Below, piece after piece: positions 29,303-38,037 of a stretch of DNA of 39,552 nucleotides. The stretch comes from an uncultured Verrucomicrobiae bacterium (GTDB lineage: Bacteria > Verrucomicrobiota > Verrucomicrobiia > Chthoniobacterales > UBA10450), in NCBI GenBank assembly GCA_963726745.1, contig CAVSDR010000001.1, forward strand, positions 1 through 39,552, written 5' to 3'. How positions within the stretch are numbered: position 1 is the stretch's first letter; every line of letters begins with the position of its first letter. The position numbers and the translations under genes were made by a program. The notes under the pieces are model-generated. The model ran no database searches. It was not told the origin of the DNA and saw nothing but the letters and a program-made list of their open reading frames with translations.

Positions 29303-29347
29303 GACGCCAGCTTACAAAGCGCAGCCTAAACCCCGCATCCACGAAGA

Positions 29348-30643
29348 TCAGGCACGGAATTCCTCCGGCGCGAGCGTGCCGGAAGTCACGCCTTCTGGCG
29401 GGACGACATCCGTCTCGTGAGGCGCCGTCGCGCGCGGGATCGCCGGGCGCCGCGCGATCCGCGTGGCCAGGAGCATGGAGAGGAAAAGCAGCGCGCCGGC
29501 GAGATACCAAGGCGCTCCGGGCACGTGCCAGCGGCGCGCCGGATTGATAAAATAAGCGAAGGTAAACGTGAACAACCCCGGCCCGAAAAGCACCGCGAGC
29601 GAGCGCAGACTGCTGATCGCACCCTGCAATTCCCCCTGCTCCTGCTCGCGCACCCGATGGGTCATCATCCCCTGCGCCGCCGGCCCGGAGATGCCCCAAA
29701 GCGAGAGCACCGGGATCGAGGCCAGGAGCATCGGCCCGCTGCGCGCGAGCCCGGCCAGCACCATCCCGATGGCGCCAAAAAGCTGTCCGTAATAAAGTGT
29801 CCGCCGCTCGCCCAGCCAGGCGACGATCCGCCCCACGAAGAAGCCGGAGACAATCACCGACATCGCGCCAAAAACCGCCAGCGAGAGGCCGATCATCCCC
29901 GTGCTCCAGGTGTAGCGATAGATCGAGTAAAGCGCCCAGACGGTGAAAGCCTCGTGCGCCAGGTAGCCGATGAATTGCACCGCCGCGAGATGAAACAACT
30001 CCGGATGCGACCGGAGCAAAACCAGCGAGCCGACCGGATTCGCGCGGCGAAAAGTAAAGGCCTGGCGCTTCTCCAGCGCGAGCGATTCCGGAACGAAGAA
30101 GTAGCTGTAGATTGCATTCGTTAGGCTCAACCCGCCGGCGACCCAGAACGGCAGCCGCGGATCGGCGTTGCCCAGGAGCCCGCCGAGCGCCGGCCCGAGG
30201 ATGAAGCCCACCCCGAAGGCCGCGCCGACCAATCCGAAGGCGCGGGCGCGTTGCTCCGGCGCGACCACATCGGAGATGTAGGCCATCGCCGTGCTGATGC
30301 TCGCGGCGGTGATGCCCGCGAGCACCCGGCCGAGAAAGAGCCAGCCGATGGTTGGCGCGAGCGCCATCACCAGGTAATCCAGGCCCAGGCCGAGATTAGA
30401 CAGCAGGATGATCGGCCGGCGCCCGAAGCGATCCGAGAGGACGCCCAGGACCGGCGAAAAAATGAACTGCATGAGCGCGAAGACGGTCCCGAAAATGCCG
30501 AACCATTTCGCCGCCGAGGTGGAATCGCCCCCGAGGAAATCGAGCACCAGCCGCGGCAGGACAGGCGCGATCAAGCCGAGCGCGAGCATGTCGAGCGCGA
30601 CCGTGACCAGGACGAAAAAGACCGCTGCCTTGCGTGCGCGCAT
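29348..30643 (-). CDS. TCR/Tet-family MFS efflux transporter
   Basis: Motif A GVLSDRFGRRP, GRVLAGIT, GFILGPALGG, EQGELQGA; multiple TM helices. Confidence 0.9.
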   Translation of the reverse strand: MRARKAAVFFVLVTVALDMLALGLIAPVLPRLVLDFLGGDSTSAAKWFGIFGTVFALMQFIFSPVLGVLSDRFGRRPIILLSNLGLGLDYLVMALAPTIGWLFLGRVLAGITAASISTAMAYISDVVAPEQRARAFGLVGAAFGVGFILGPALGGLLGNADPRLPFWVAGGLSLTNAIYSYFFVPESLALEKRQAFTFRRANPVGSLVLLRSHPELFHLAAVQFIGYLAHEAFTVWALYSIYRYTWSTGMIGLSLAVFGAMSVIVSGFFVGRIVAWLGERRTLYYGQLFGAIGMVLAGLARSGPMLLASIPVLSLWGISGPAAQGMMTHRVREQEQGELQGAISSLRSLAVLFGPGLFTFTFAYFINPARRWHVPGAPWYLAGALLFLSMLLATRIARRPAIPRATAPHETDVVPPEGVTSGTLAPEEFRA

Positions 30644-30736
30644 CTCCCGCGAATGAACAGCTGCATCGCGCCGCCGCAATCCAGCGTGCGCGTTAATTCC
30701 CGTCGCGCCGCTGGGATTTCGCGCTCATCGTTTCGC

Positions 30737-31555
30737 ATGGCCAAAGGCGAAACTGATTACGTCCTCGGGACGCACGATGAAGAAGTGGCGCGGCTCGGCT
30801 TGCAGCATCGCGTCTGGCGCGCGGCCGCGGCGGAAAGCTGGCGCACGGCCGGGATCACGCACGGCACGCGCGTGCTCGATGTCGGCTGCGGCCCGGGCTA
30901 CGCCACCGCCGATCTCGCCGAGATCGTGGGCCCGACCGGCGCCGTCCTTGGGATCGAGCGCTCGGCGCGCTTCCTCGATTCGGCCCGGGAACGTTGCCAG
31001 CGCCGCGGCCTGGCGAACGTGGAATTCCGCGAGGCCGACCTGATGGAGCACTCGTTAGGCGAGCTCGGCTACGACGCCAGCTGGTGCCGCTGGGTGGCCT
31101 CGTTCGTGAGCTCGCCGGCTAAATTAGTCGACACCCTGGCCGCGGCCCTCCGCCCCGGCGGCCTCGCGATTTTCCACGAATACAGCGACTACGAAACCTT
31201 CTGCTTCATGCCGCGGCAGCCGCACCTGGAGGGCTTCATCCGCGAGGTCATGGACAGCTGGCGCGCGGCCGGTGGCGAGCCAAACATCGCCAAGGAACTG
31301 CCGCGCTTGCTCGGCGCTGCCGGCTTCCGCGTGCGCTCGATCCGCCCGCAGGTGCGCTGCGTCACCCCGCGCGATTTCACCTGGCAATGGCCGAAAAGTT
31401 TCATCGAGATCAACGCCGCGCGTCTGGTCGACCTCGGCCGCGTGACCCCGGAATGGGCGGCCGATCTCCGGCGCGAATTTGCCGCCGCCGAAGCCGACCC
31501 GCAGACCCTTTTCACCACGCCGATGTTTCACGAAATTATCGCGGAGAAAGCGTGA
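30737..31555 (+). CDS. Class I SAM-dependent methyltransferase
   Basis: YVLGTHDEEVARL, VLDVGCGPG, LRPGG. Confidence 0.88.
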   Translation: MAKGETDYVLGTHDEEVARLGLQHRVWRAAAAESWRTAGITHGTRVLDVGCGPGYATADLAEIVGPTGAVLGIERSARFLDSARERCQRRGLANVEFREADLMEHSLGELGYDASWCRWVASFVSSPAKLVDTLAAALRPGGLAIFHEYSDYETFCFMPRQPHLEGFIREVMDSWRAAGGEPNIAKELPRLLGAAGFRVRSIRPQVRCVTPRDFTWQWPKSFIEINAARLVDLGRVTPEWAADLRREFAAAEADPQTLFTTPMFHEIIAEKA

Positions 31556-32797
31556 TCCGGTTCGCGCTCCTTCTCCTCCTGGCCGGCACGCTCGACCTGC
31601 GTGCGGAAGAGGTCTTGCTCCTGCAACCGGCGGCGGTTTTCGATGGCCAGGAGATGCACCCCGGCTGGAGCGTGCTCGTGCGCGGCGAACGGATCGCGGC
31701 CGCCGGTCCCTGCGGTGGAGGCGCCGCCCGAAGCGCGCCCGATCTCGCTGCCTAACGAGACCTTGCTGCCCGGCTTGATCGAGGGCCACGCACATCTTTT
31801 CCTCCATCCGTATAACGAGACCAGCTGGAACGACCAGGTCTTGAACGAGTCGTTAGCCGAGCGCGTGGCCCGCGCGACGGTGCACGCGCGCCGAACGCTC
31901 GCGGCCGGCTTCACCACCGCGCGCGACCTCGGGACGGAGGGCGCAGGCGACGCCGACGCCGGCCTGAAGCGGGCGATCGAGCTCGGCGTGATCCCGGGCC
32001 CGCGCCTGCTCATCGCGACACGCGCGCTCGTGGCTACCGGCAGCTACGGGCCGAAGTTGCTGGCTAATTTCCCAGTGCCGCAGGGCGCGCAGGAAGCGAG
32101 CGGGGTCGAGGAATGCACGCGCGCGACCCGCGAGCAGATCGGTAAGGGCGCGGACGTGATCAAGGTCTACGCCGATTATCGCTGGGGCCCGAACGGCACC
32201 GCGCAGCCGACTTTTTCGCAGGAGGAATTGAACGCCATCGTGCAAACCGCGCGCTCCGCCGGCCGCCCAACGGTAGCGCACGCAACCACCCCGGAGGGGA
32301 TGCGCCGCGCGGTGCTGGCAGGCGTGGAAACGATCGAGCACGGCGACGAAGGCACGCGCGAGATCTTCGATTTGATGAAGCAAAAAAGCGTCGCGCTTTG
32401 CCCCACGGTCGCGGCCGGCGACGCGGTCTCGCGTTATCGCGGCTGGAAGAAAGGGAGCGAGCCGGAGCCGCCGCGGATCGCCCAGAAACGCGCGAGCATG
32501 AAAGCCGCGCGCGCCGCCGGGGTGACCTTTGTTTTCGGCGGCGACGTGGGCGTTTTTGCGCATGGCGAAAACGCGCTCGAGGCGGAGCTGTTGGTGAACG
32601 AATACGGTTTCACGCCGCTGGAAGTGCTGCGGCAGGCGACGAGTGGAAATGCGGCCGCGTTTCATCTGGCCGATCGTGGATTCGTTAGGCCAGGGCTGCT
32701 GGCCGACCTGGTCGCGGTGGAAGGCGATCCGTCCAAGGACGTGAGCGCGCTGCGGCGGGTGAAGCTGGTGCTTAAGGGCGGCGTGGCCGTGCCCTGA
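31552..32797 (+). CDS. Secreted metal-dependent amidohydrolase (prolidase-like); frameshift near 31710
   Basis: Signal peptide and VLVRGERIAAAGP, then LLPGLIEGHAH, GFTTARDLG, IKVYAD, AHAT, TIEHG, GGDVG, GLLADLVAVEGDP. Confidence 0.88.
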
Positions 32798-32848
32798 TTT
32801 CCGAGAAGCGCCTTCCGCTCGCCCGCGCGATCGGCTAAAAACGGGAGC

Positions 32849-33628
32849 GTGACGTCGGACGCAACGACCCCGGCAAGGCCAAGACGCTGGCCGCTGGGTT
32901 TGCTCGTGGGCTTGCTCACGGGTGCGGCGGGCGCGTTCCTCGCGATCCCGGTTTCCGACTGGGCGATGCAGGCGCACCACGTCTCGGCGATGGAGGGCCA
33001 GCGGGCGTGCGCGGCCGTAGGGCTCTGGGCGCCGCTGGCGTTCGTGGCCGGCGGGCTCGTGGGATTACTCGTTAGCCTGCTCCTTGGCGGCACTGGTTTT
33101 GCCGGCTACTTGCGACGGCAAGGCGTGGCCTTGGCCGCGATCGCGCTCCTGGTGCTGGGCGCGGGTGGCCTCGGCTATCTCACGGCCGAGCATCCGCCAA
33201 CGCTCGACGGAAAAGCGCTCGCGCTTGAGATCGAAACGCGCGTGCCTGCGGCAGGACGAACCGTGGCCGAGCTCCGGGCGGCCGAGTTCAACGTGGCCCT
33301 GCTGGTGAGCGCCTCGGATCGCAGCTACGCCGAGATCCGCTGGAGCGAGGCGCGCAGCGAAGAGGATGCGATCATCGTGCCGGCCTGGGCCGCGCTGCGC
33401 TCGCGCAATTTCAGCCGCGAAATCTCCGCCGGGCCCGCGGGGGAAAATCTCCAGCTGTTCCCGGTTGCGCTCCCGGCTTCGCCCCGAGCAGCCGACCGGA
33501 TGTGGTCTGGGTGGATCGCGCCCGACCGGCGTTTCGAGGGCGGCCCGCCGCCGCCGCTCGAGCAATATCGCGTGCGCTACCGCGTGCGCCTGGCCGAGGA
33601 ACAGCCGCCCGCGGAGGTGGAGCCATGA
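32849..33628 (+). CDS. Hypothetical membrane protein (3 TM helices + soluble C-terminal domain)
   Basis: Three hydrophobic segments; stop overlaps the next start (ATGA). Confidence 0.65.
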   Translation: MTSDATTPARPRRWPLGLLVGLLTGAAGAFLAIPVSDWAMQAHHVSAMEGQRACAAVGLWAPLAFVAGGLVGLLVSLLLGGTGFAGYLRRQGVALAAIALLVLGAGGLGYLTAEHPPTLDGKALALEIETRVPAAGRTVAELRAAEFNVALLVSASDRSYAEIRWSEARSEEDAIIVPAWAALRSRNFSREISAGPAGENLQLFPVALPASPRAADRMWSGWIAPDRRFEGGPPPPLEQYRVRYRVRLAEEQPPAEVEP

Positions 33629-34678
33629 AGATGCGTCCGCACCTGGCGGTTTCCATCGGCGCGCTCGGCGCCGTGCTCCTCCTGGCCTCGGGGGCGGAGG
33701 CGCAGGAAGCGCTTTGGAAAACCTACCTCGAAACCGCAAACCAGGCCTCGACCGACCAACGCCACGCGAGCGCGGAGACGCTCTACCTCGCGGCCTGCGC
33801 GGAGGCGGCGCGCCTGGGCGGCGGCGCGCCGCTGGCAACCTGCCGGGCATACCTGGCGCAACTGTATTTCCAGACGGATAAGGAAGCTCGCGGCCGGGAG
33901 GAGCTCGCGGAGGCGCTCGCCCTTTGGGAGGCGGCGGGGAAGCCGAGCGTGGAGTTTGCCAGCGCGCTCAACCGCATGGCCGGACTGCGCGAAGAGGCGG
34001 GCGAAATGGCGGAGGCGGAGAAGCTCTACACGCGCGCGGTGGAAGTGCGCGAGCAAGTGCACGGCGCGGATTCGCTGGAGTTGATCACGCCGCTCACGCG
34101 CCTGGCTTACCTGCTCCAGAACCAAAAGGAATACGTGCGCGCGGAGGACCTTTATGCGCGCGCTGATCGTATCGCCCGGCAGTTCCCGCTCTCGACCCGC
34201 GCCGAGGTGGCCGCGCTTCTATTTACAATGGGGCGGCCTGCGCAGTGCCCAGCGCCATTATGCGGAGGCCGCGCCGCTCTTCGCGCGCGCCAGCCAGCTG
34301 GCGGAGAAAATCCACGGCGCCAACGCCAGTGAAACCGCCGGCGCACTGGCGACCGAAGCCTCGAATCTTTTCCTCCAAGGCGAGTACGCCGCCGCGGAAG
34401 CGCCCGCCCGCCGGGCAAACGCGATCATCGAGAAACTTCACGGCGTCGACTCGGCGGAGGCCGCGCTCGGGCTCGCGCTGGTGGCGAACATCGTTTGCCT
34501 GCGCGAGCGCGGCCCGGAAGCGGAAGCGCTCTACCAACAAGCGCTGGCGATCATCGAGAAATCGCCGCACCCGGAAAGCGCGCGCAACGTTCTCCTGATG
34601 TATGCCGGCTGCCTCCGGCGCGCCGGACGCGAGGCCGAGGCGGCGGCGCTGGAAGCGCGCGCCCAACCTGCACCCTAA
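33625..34678 (+). CDS. Secreted tetratricopeptide repeat protein (TPR_12 / kinesin light chain-like); frameshift near 34230
   Basis: Signal peptide; ALNRMAGL...EAEKLYTRAVEVREQVHG and EAEALYQQALAIIEK repeats across two frames. Confidence 0.8.
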
Positions 34679-37600
34679 CGAGTCCTCTCCGCGGCGGGCA
34701 GGGCCTCGAGACGGGCCCGCTCCACCGCGATCGCTTCCTGCCAGCCGGCAAAACGTTCCGTCGCCGCGGCCACGCTCCAGAACTCGAGTGCGCGCGCGCG
34801 CGAACCGAGACGAATGATCGTGCGCGAGACCGGTTCGAAAGCCGCAGCCAAGGCGGCCGGCGAGGGCGGGGCCGCGCTCGTGAGGACGGCTTCGAGGCTT
34901 TGCCAATAGGCCTGGAAAGCCTCGCTTTTTTTCGCCCGCTTCATCTCGATGTCGCCCACCACCCGCAAGCCCGCGGCCAGCCGCTCCTGGATCTCCGGCG
35001 CCGGCCGACCGAGCGCCTGCTCGAGGCGCGCCCGCGTCTCATACCACTTCGCCTGGTCGTTCTTGATCGCGATCGCTTTTTCCAGGGAGGCGAGCGCTGC
35101 CTCCGGCTTCTCCTGGTCCTGGTAAATCTCCGCGATCTCCGCGTGCACGTGGGGCAGGTCGAAGTAGCCGATGTTGGCGGTAAGCGCGCGCTCGAGGAGC
35201 GCGAGCGCTTCCGCCGGCGCGCTCCACCGCACGAGGGAACTCAGGCGCCGCATGGCTTGGGCGTCGAGCGGAGAAATCTCGAGCACCTTTCGGAGGTCGG
35301 CGATGACTTCCTCGTTAGGCGCACGCAGGCCTTGCTTTGCATAGGCACGATACGAATAGGCGTTGGCTGAGTTCGGCGCCTGCTCCAGAACCGCATTTGT
35401 ATCCGCGACGCTGGCGGCATACCAGAAGGCGTTCTCGGGTTTGCCTTCGCTCTCGAGCTTCCAGGCGCGGCGCGCGTCGAAAGCAGCGCGCATGAGCAGG
35501 TATTGCACGTTCTTCGGACGGAGCGCGACCACGCGATCCAGGCAGGCTTGCGCTTCCTCCCATTCCCCGCTGTTCTCGTGGTCCCAGGCGTCGAAGACGA
35601 GCGTGTCGGGATCGCTCGCCGGCTCCGGGAGTTTTTCATCCTGCAAGGCGCGCAAGCGTCCTGCGACCCAACGGCTGAGCTCGGCGTAGCGCGGGTCGCG
35701 CGCTTGTTCATGTCGCTGGCTAAATTCCAGGAAGACGCGCCGGGCCCACGGCTTATAGCCAGCGCCTTCCCACCAGGCGCCCTGGGCGGCGAGCGCGCCG
35801 TAATCTTGCGGGCGGAATTTCAACTGCAGCCAGCACCAGTTGATCGCGGTCAGGTAGGTTTCGACTTGATGCTCGGACCGGTGCACCGCGCGCACCGCCT
35901 CCTCGAATCCAGCCACGCCTTCGAAGGCCTGGAAGTTTGCCATGGCCGCGGCGGAGGCCTCATGGACCGCGGCGTCCTCCACCAACAAGACCGTGCGGCC
36001 GGTGGCCTTTGGGATGTCGGGCGCGAGGACCGTCTCGAGGAACTCGATTCCTTCGGGATGAAAAGTCTCGTCCGCTTTTGCCAGCGCCTTCTGCGCCTCG
36101 TGGAAACGCCCGAGCCCGGCCAGAGCGATCGCGCGATTCTGGTGGCCTACCCAGCTGTTCGGGTCGGCCGCGAGCGCGCGCTCCGTGTGCTCCAGGGAAG
36201 GCGCGACTTTCCCCGCCACGAGATAATGATAACCCAGGCTAAAGTGCGCCGCGGCGTCGTCGGGATTTTGCTCGAGGATGGCCTCGTAAGTCTGCGTGGC
36301 CTCGTCGTGCTTCTGCAGCCAGGAGAGCGCGTTCGCCTTGCTCGATTGCCACAGCGCCGCCTCCTCCGGCACGGTCAACTCCACCAGCCGTTCGGCCATG
36401 GTCACAAAGGCAAACTTGTCCAGGTTCTGCCGGCGCACGCGCAATTGCTCGCTCCGCGCGGAGCGTTCGCCGGCGAGCGCTTTTGCTTCCGCGCGCTCCG
36501 CTTTCTTCCGGGCCACGCGCGCCTGGCTGGCGAAAATCCAGGAGACGATGCAGCCGATCGCGAGCGCCGCGATGACGCCGTGGCGCAGGAGGCGGCGTTG
36601 CCGGCGGTCGCGTTCCTCGGCGGCGCGCGCGCGCTTTTCCGCGGCCTGGCTTTGCTCGAGAAAGGCGAGCGCGCGGGCGAAATCGGCCTGGTAACGGCGG
36701 GCCCAGGTTTCCGTGGGGGCGTTGCGCGTGCGCCAGTCGAGCGCGAGCTGGAGATCGGGGTCGCGCCAAAGCCCGGCCTGCCCGGCGGCGTGCAGCTCCG
36801 CCGTCTCGGCCAGGCGGTGATACATCTCGGCGGATGCGGCTTCCTCCTCGACCCAGGCGCGCAGCCGCGACCAGCCGCGGATCAAGCTCTCGTGCGAGAT
36901 ATCGACGGATGAATCCGGCGCGAGCACGCGCCCGACCGGCGGCATGAGAAACGAACGCCCGGGCGCGCGGAAGACCTCGATCACCGCGACCACTTCCGCG
37001 ACGCCGGCGCCGCTGACTTCGGCCAACTCCGCGACCGTCGCGGGGCGGCGGACCTCACGATTGTCGGCGCCTTTCTCGGTCAGCCGTTTAAAGATCCGCG
37101 GCGCGAGTTCCTGCCCGCGCGGCGTGAGCTCGGCGAAAGCTTCGTCAGCTTGCTGGTTAAGCGCGCCGGTAAGCGTGCCGATGCGCTCGTAATGCTCGAG
37201 ATCGATCGCGCCTGCGGGCGCGCCGGTTTGCCAGCAATCCCACATGCGCATGAGCGCATGCTGCAACAGCGGAAGCTGGTCGGGATTGTCGCCGACATCG
37301 TTTAGCAGCCGGTTCACCAGTCGCGGCGCGATCGCCCCGCCCCCGACCGCGACTGGGCCGGTGATGGCTTCACGGCGTTGCTCGCGTGTCATCCGCGGAA
37401 TCAGGTAAAGCCCTTCGTTGATCGCCTCCGGCAAGCCGCCGAATTGCGCGCAATCGCCCAGGTAATCGCTCCGCATGGTCAGGACCACGTAGATCGATTG
37501 CTCGCTTTGGCGCGCGGCCTCGAGCAACAACCGCACGAACGCCGCGGCCTCATCTTCCGGATGGCGCGCATCGGAGACCTCCTGGAAACGGAAGACCTCC

Positions 37601-38037
37601 TCGAACTGATCCGCGACCACCAGGAGATTGCCGGGCGCGCGTTCCTGCCGGACTGCTTCCACCAGGCCGAGCGCGCTCCGGCGCAGGGTGCTCTCGATGA
37701 TCGGCGCTTTCCCGCCTTCTTCGCCAAACGCTTCCGGCGCACTCAAAGCGCGCGCTAAATTGCCGACCGGATCATTCCCTGGCTTGAAGAGCGCGACCCG
37801 CCAGGCCGAGCCCGCGCCGACCATCAGCCCGCCGTAAATATCGGGAAGCAGCCCTGCCCTAACGAGCGATGATTTCCCGCTTCCGCTCGTCCCGACGACC
37901 GCGAGGAAATGGAAACGCCGCAGGCGCGCGAGGAGCTCATCGGTCTGTCCGTCGCGTCCGAAGAAAAGGTGATTTTCGTCGAACTCAAACGGCCGCAGCC
38001 CCGGGAACGGATTGGGCGAAGGATCAGGCGCCGCCAT
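34675..38037 (-). CDS. STAND-class (nSTAND1-like) NTPase with coiled coil, one TM helix and C-terminal TPR array
   Basis: NPFPGLRPF, FFGRD, Walker A GTSGSGKSS, Walker B LLVVADQFEE, TMRSD, LPLLQHAL, DISHESLIRGW; TM GVIAALAIGCIVSWIFA; TPRs. Confidence 0.88.
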   Translation of the reverse strand: MAAPDPSPNPFPGLRPFEFDENHLFFGRDGQTDELLARLRRFHFLAVVGTSGSGKSSLVRAGLLPDIYGGLMVGAGSAWRVALFKPGNDPVGNLARALSAPEAFGEEGGKAPIIESTLRRSALGLVEAVRQERAPGNLLVVADQFEEVFRFQEVSDARHPEDEAAAFVRLLLEAARQSEQSIYVVLTMRSDYLGDCAQFGGLPEAINEGLYLIPRMTREQRREAITGPVAVGGGAIAPRLVNRLLNDVGDNPDQLPLLQHALMRMWDCWQTGAPAGAIDLEHYERIGTLTGALNQQADEAFAELTPRGQELAPRIFKRLTEKGADNREVRRPATVAELAEVSGAGVAEVVAVIEVFRAPGRSFLMPPVGRVLAPDSSVDISHESLIRGWSRLRAWVEEEAASAEMYHRLAETAELHAAGQAGLWRDPDLQLALDWRTRNAPTETWARRYQADFARALAFLEQSQAAEKRARAAEERDRRQRRLLRHGVIAALAIGCIVSWIFASQARVARKKAERAEAKALAGERSARSEQLRVRRQNLDKFAFVTMAERLVELTVPEEAALWQSSKANALSWLQKHDEATQTYEAILEQNPDDAAAHFSLGYHYLVAGKVAPSLEHTERALAADPNSWVGHQNRAIALAGLGRFHEAQKALAKADETFHPEGIEFLETVLAPDIPKATGRTVLLVEDAAVHEASAAAMANFQAFEGVAGFEEAVRAVHRSEHQVETYLTAINWCWLQLKFRPQDYGALAAQGAWWEGAGYKPWARRVFLEFSQRHEQARDPRYAELSRWVAGRLRALQDEKLPEPASDPDTLVFDAWDHENSGEWEEAQACLDRVVALRPKNVQYLLMRAAFDARRAWKLESEGKPENAFWYAASVADTNAVLEQAPNSANAYSYRAYAKQGLRAPNEEVIADLRKVLEISPLDAQAMRRLSSLVRWSAPAEALALLERALTANIGYFDLPHVHAEIAEIYQDQEKPEAALASLEKAIAIKNDQAKWYETRARLEQALGRPAPEIQERLAAGLRVVGDIEMKRAKKSEAFQAYWQSLEAVLTSAAPPSPAALAAAFEPVSRTIIRLGSRARALEFWSVAAATERFAGWQEAIAVERARLEALPAAERTR

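Noticed and set aside
29348..30643. Acquired tetracycline resistance gene tetA
   Set aside because: Family-level similarity only; no tetR or mobile element, and it carries the host octamer. Substrate cannot be assigned.
121..37760. Second recurring motif GGCTAA(A/T)
   Set aside because: About a dozen copies is near the zero-order expectation for a 6-mer; cannot be called without a proper k-mer test.
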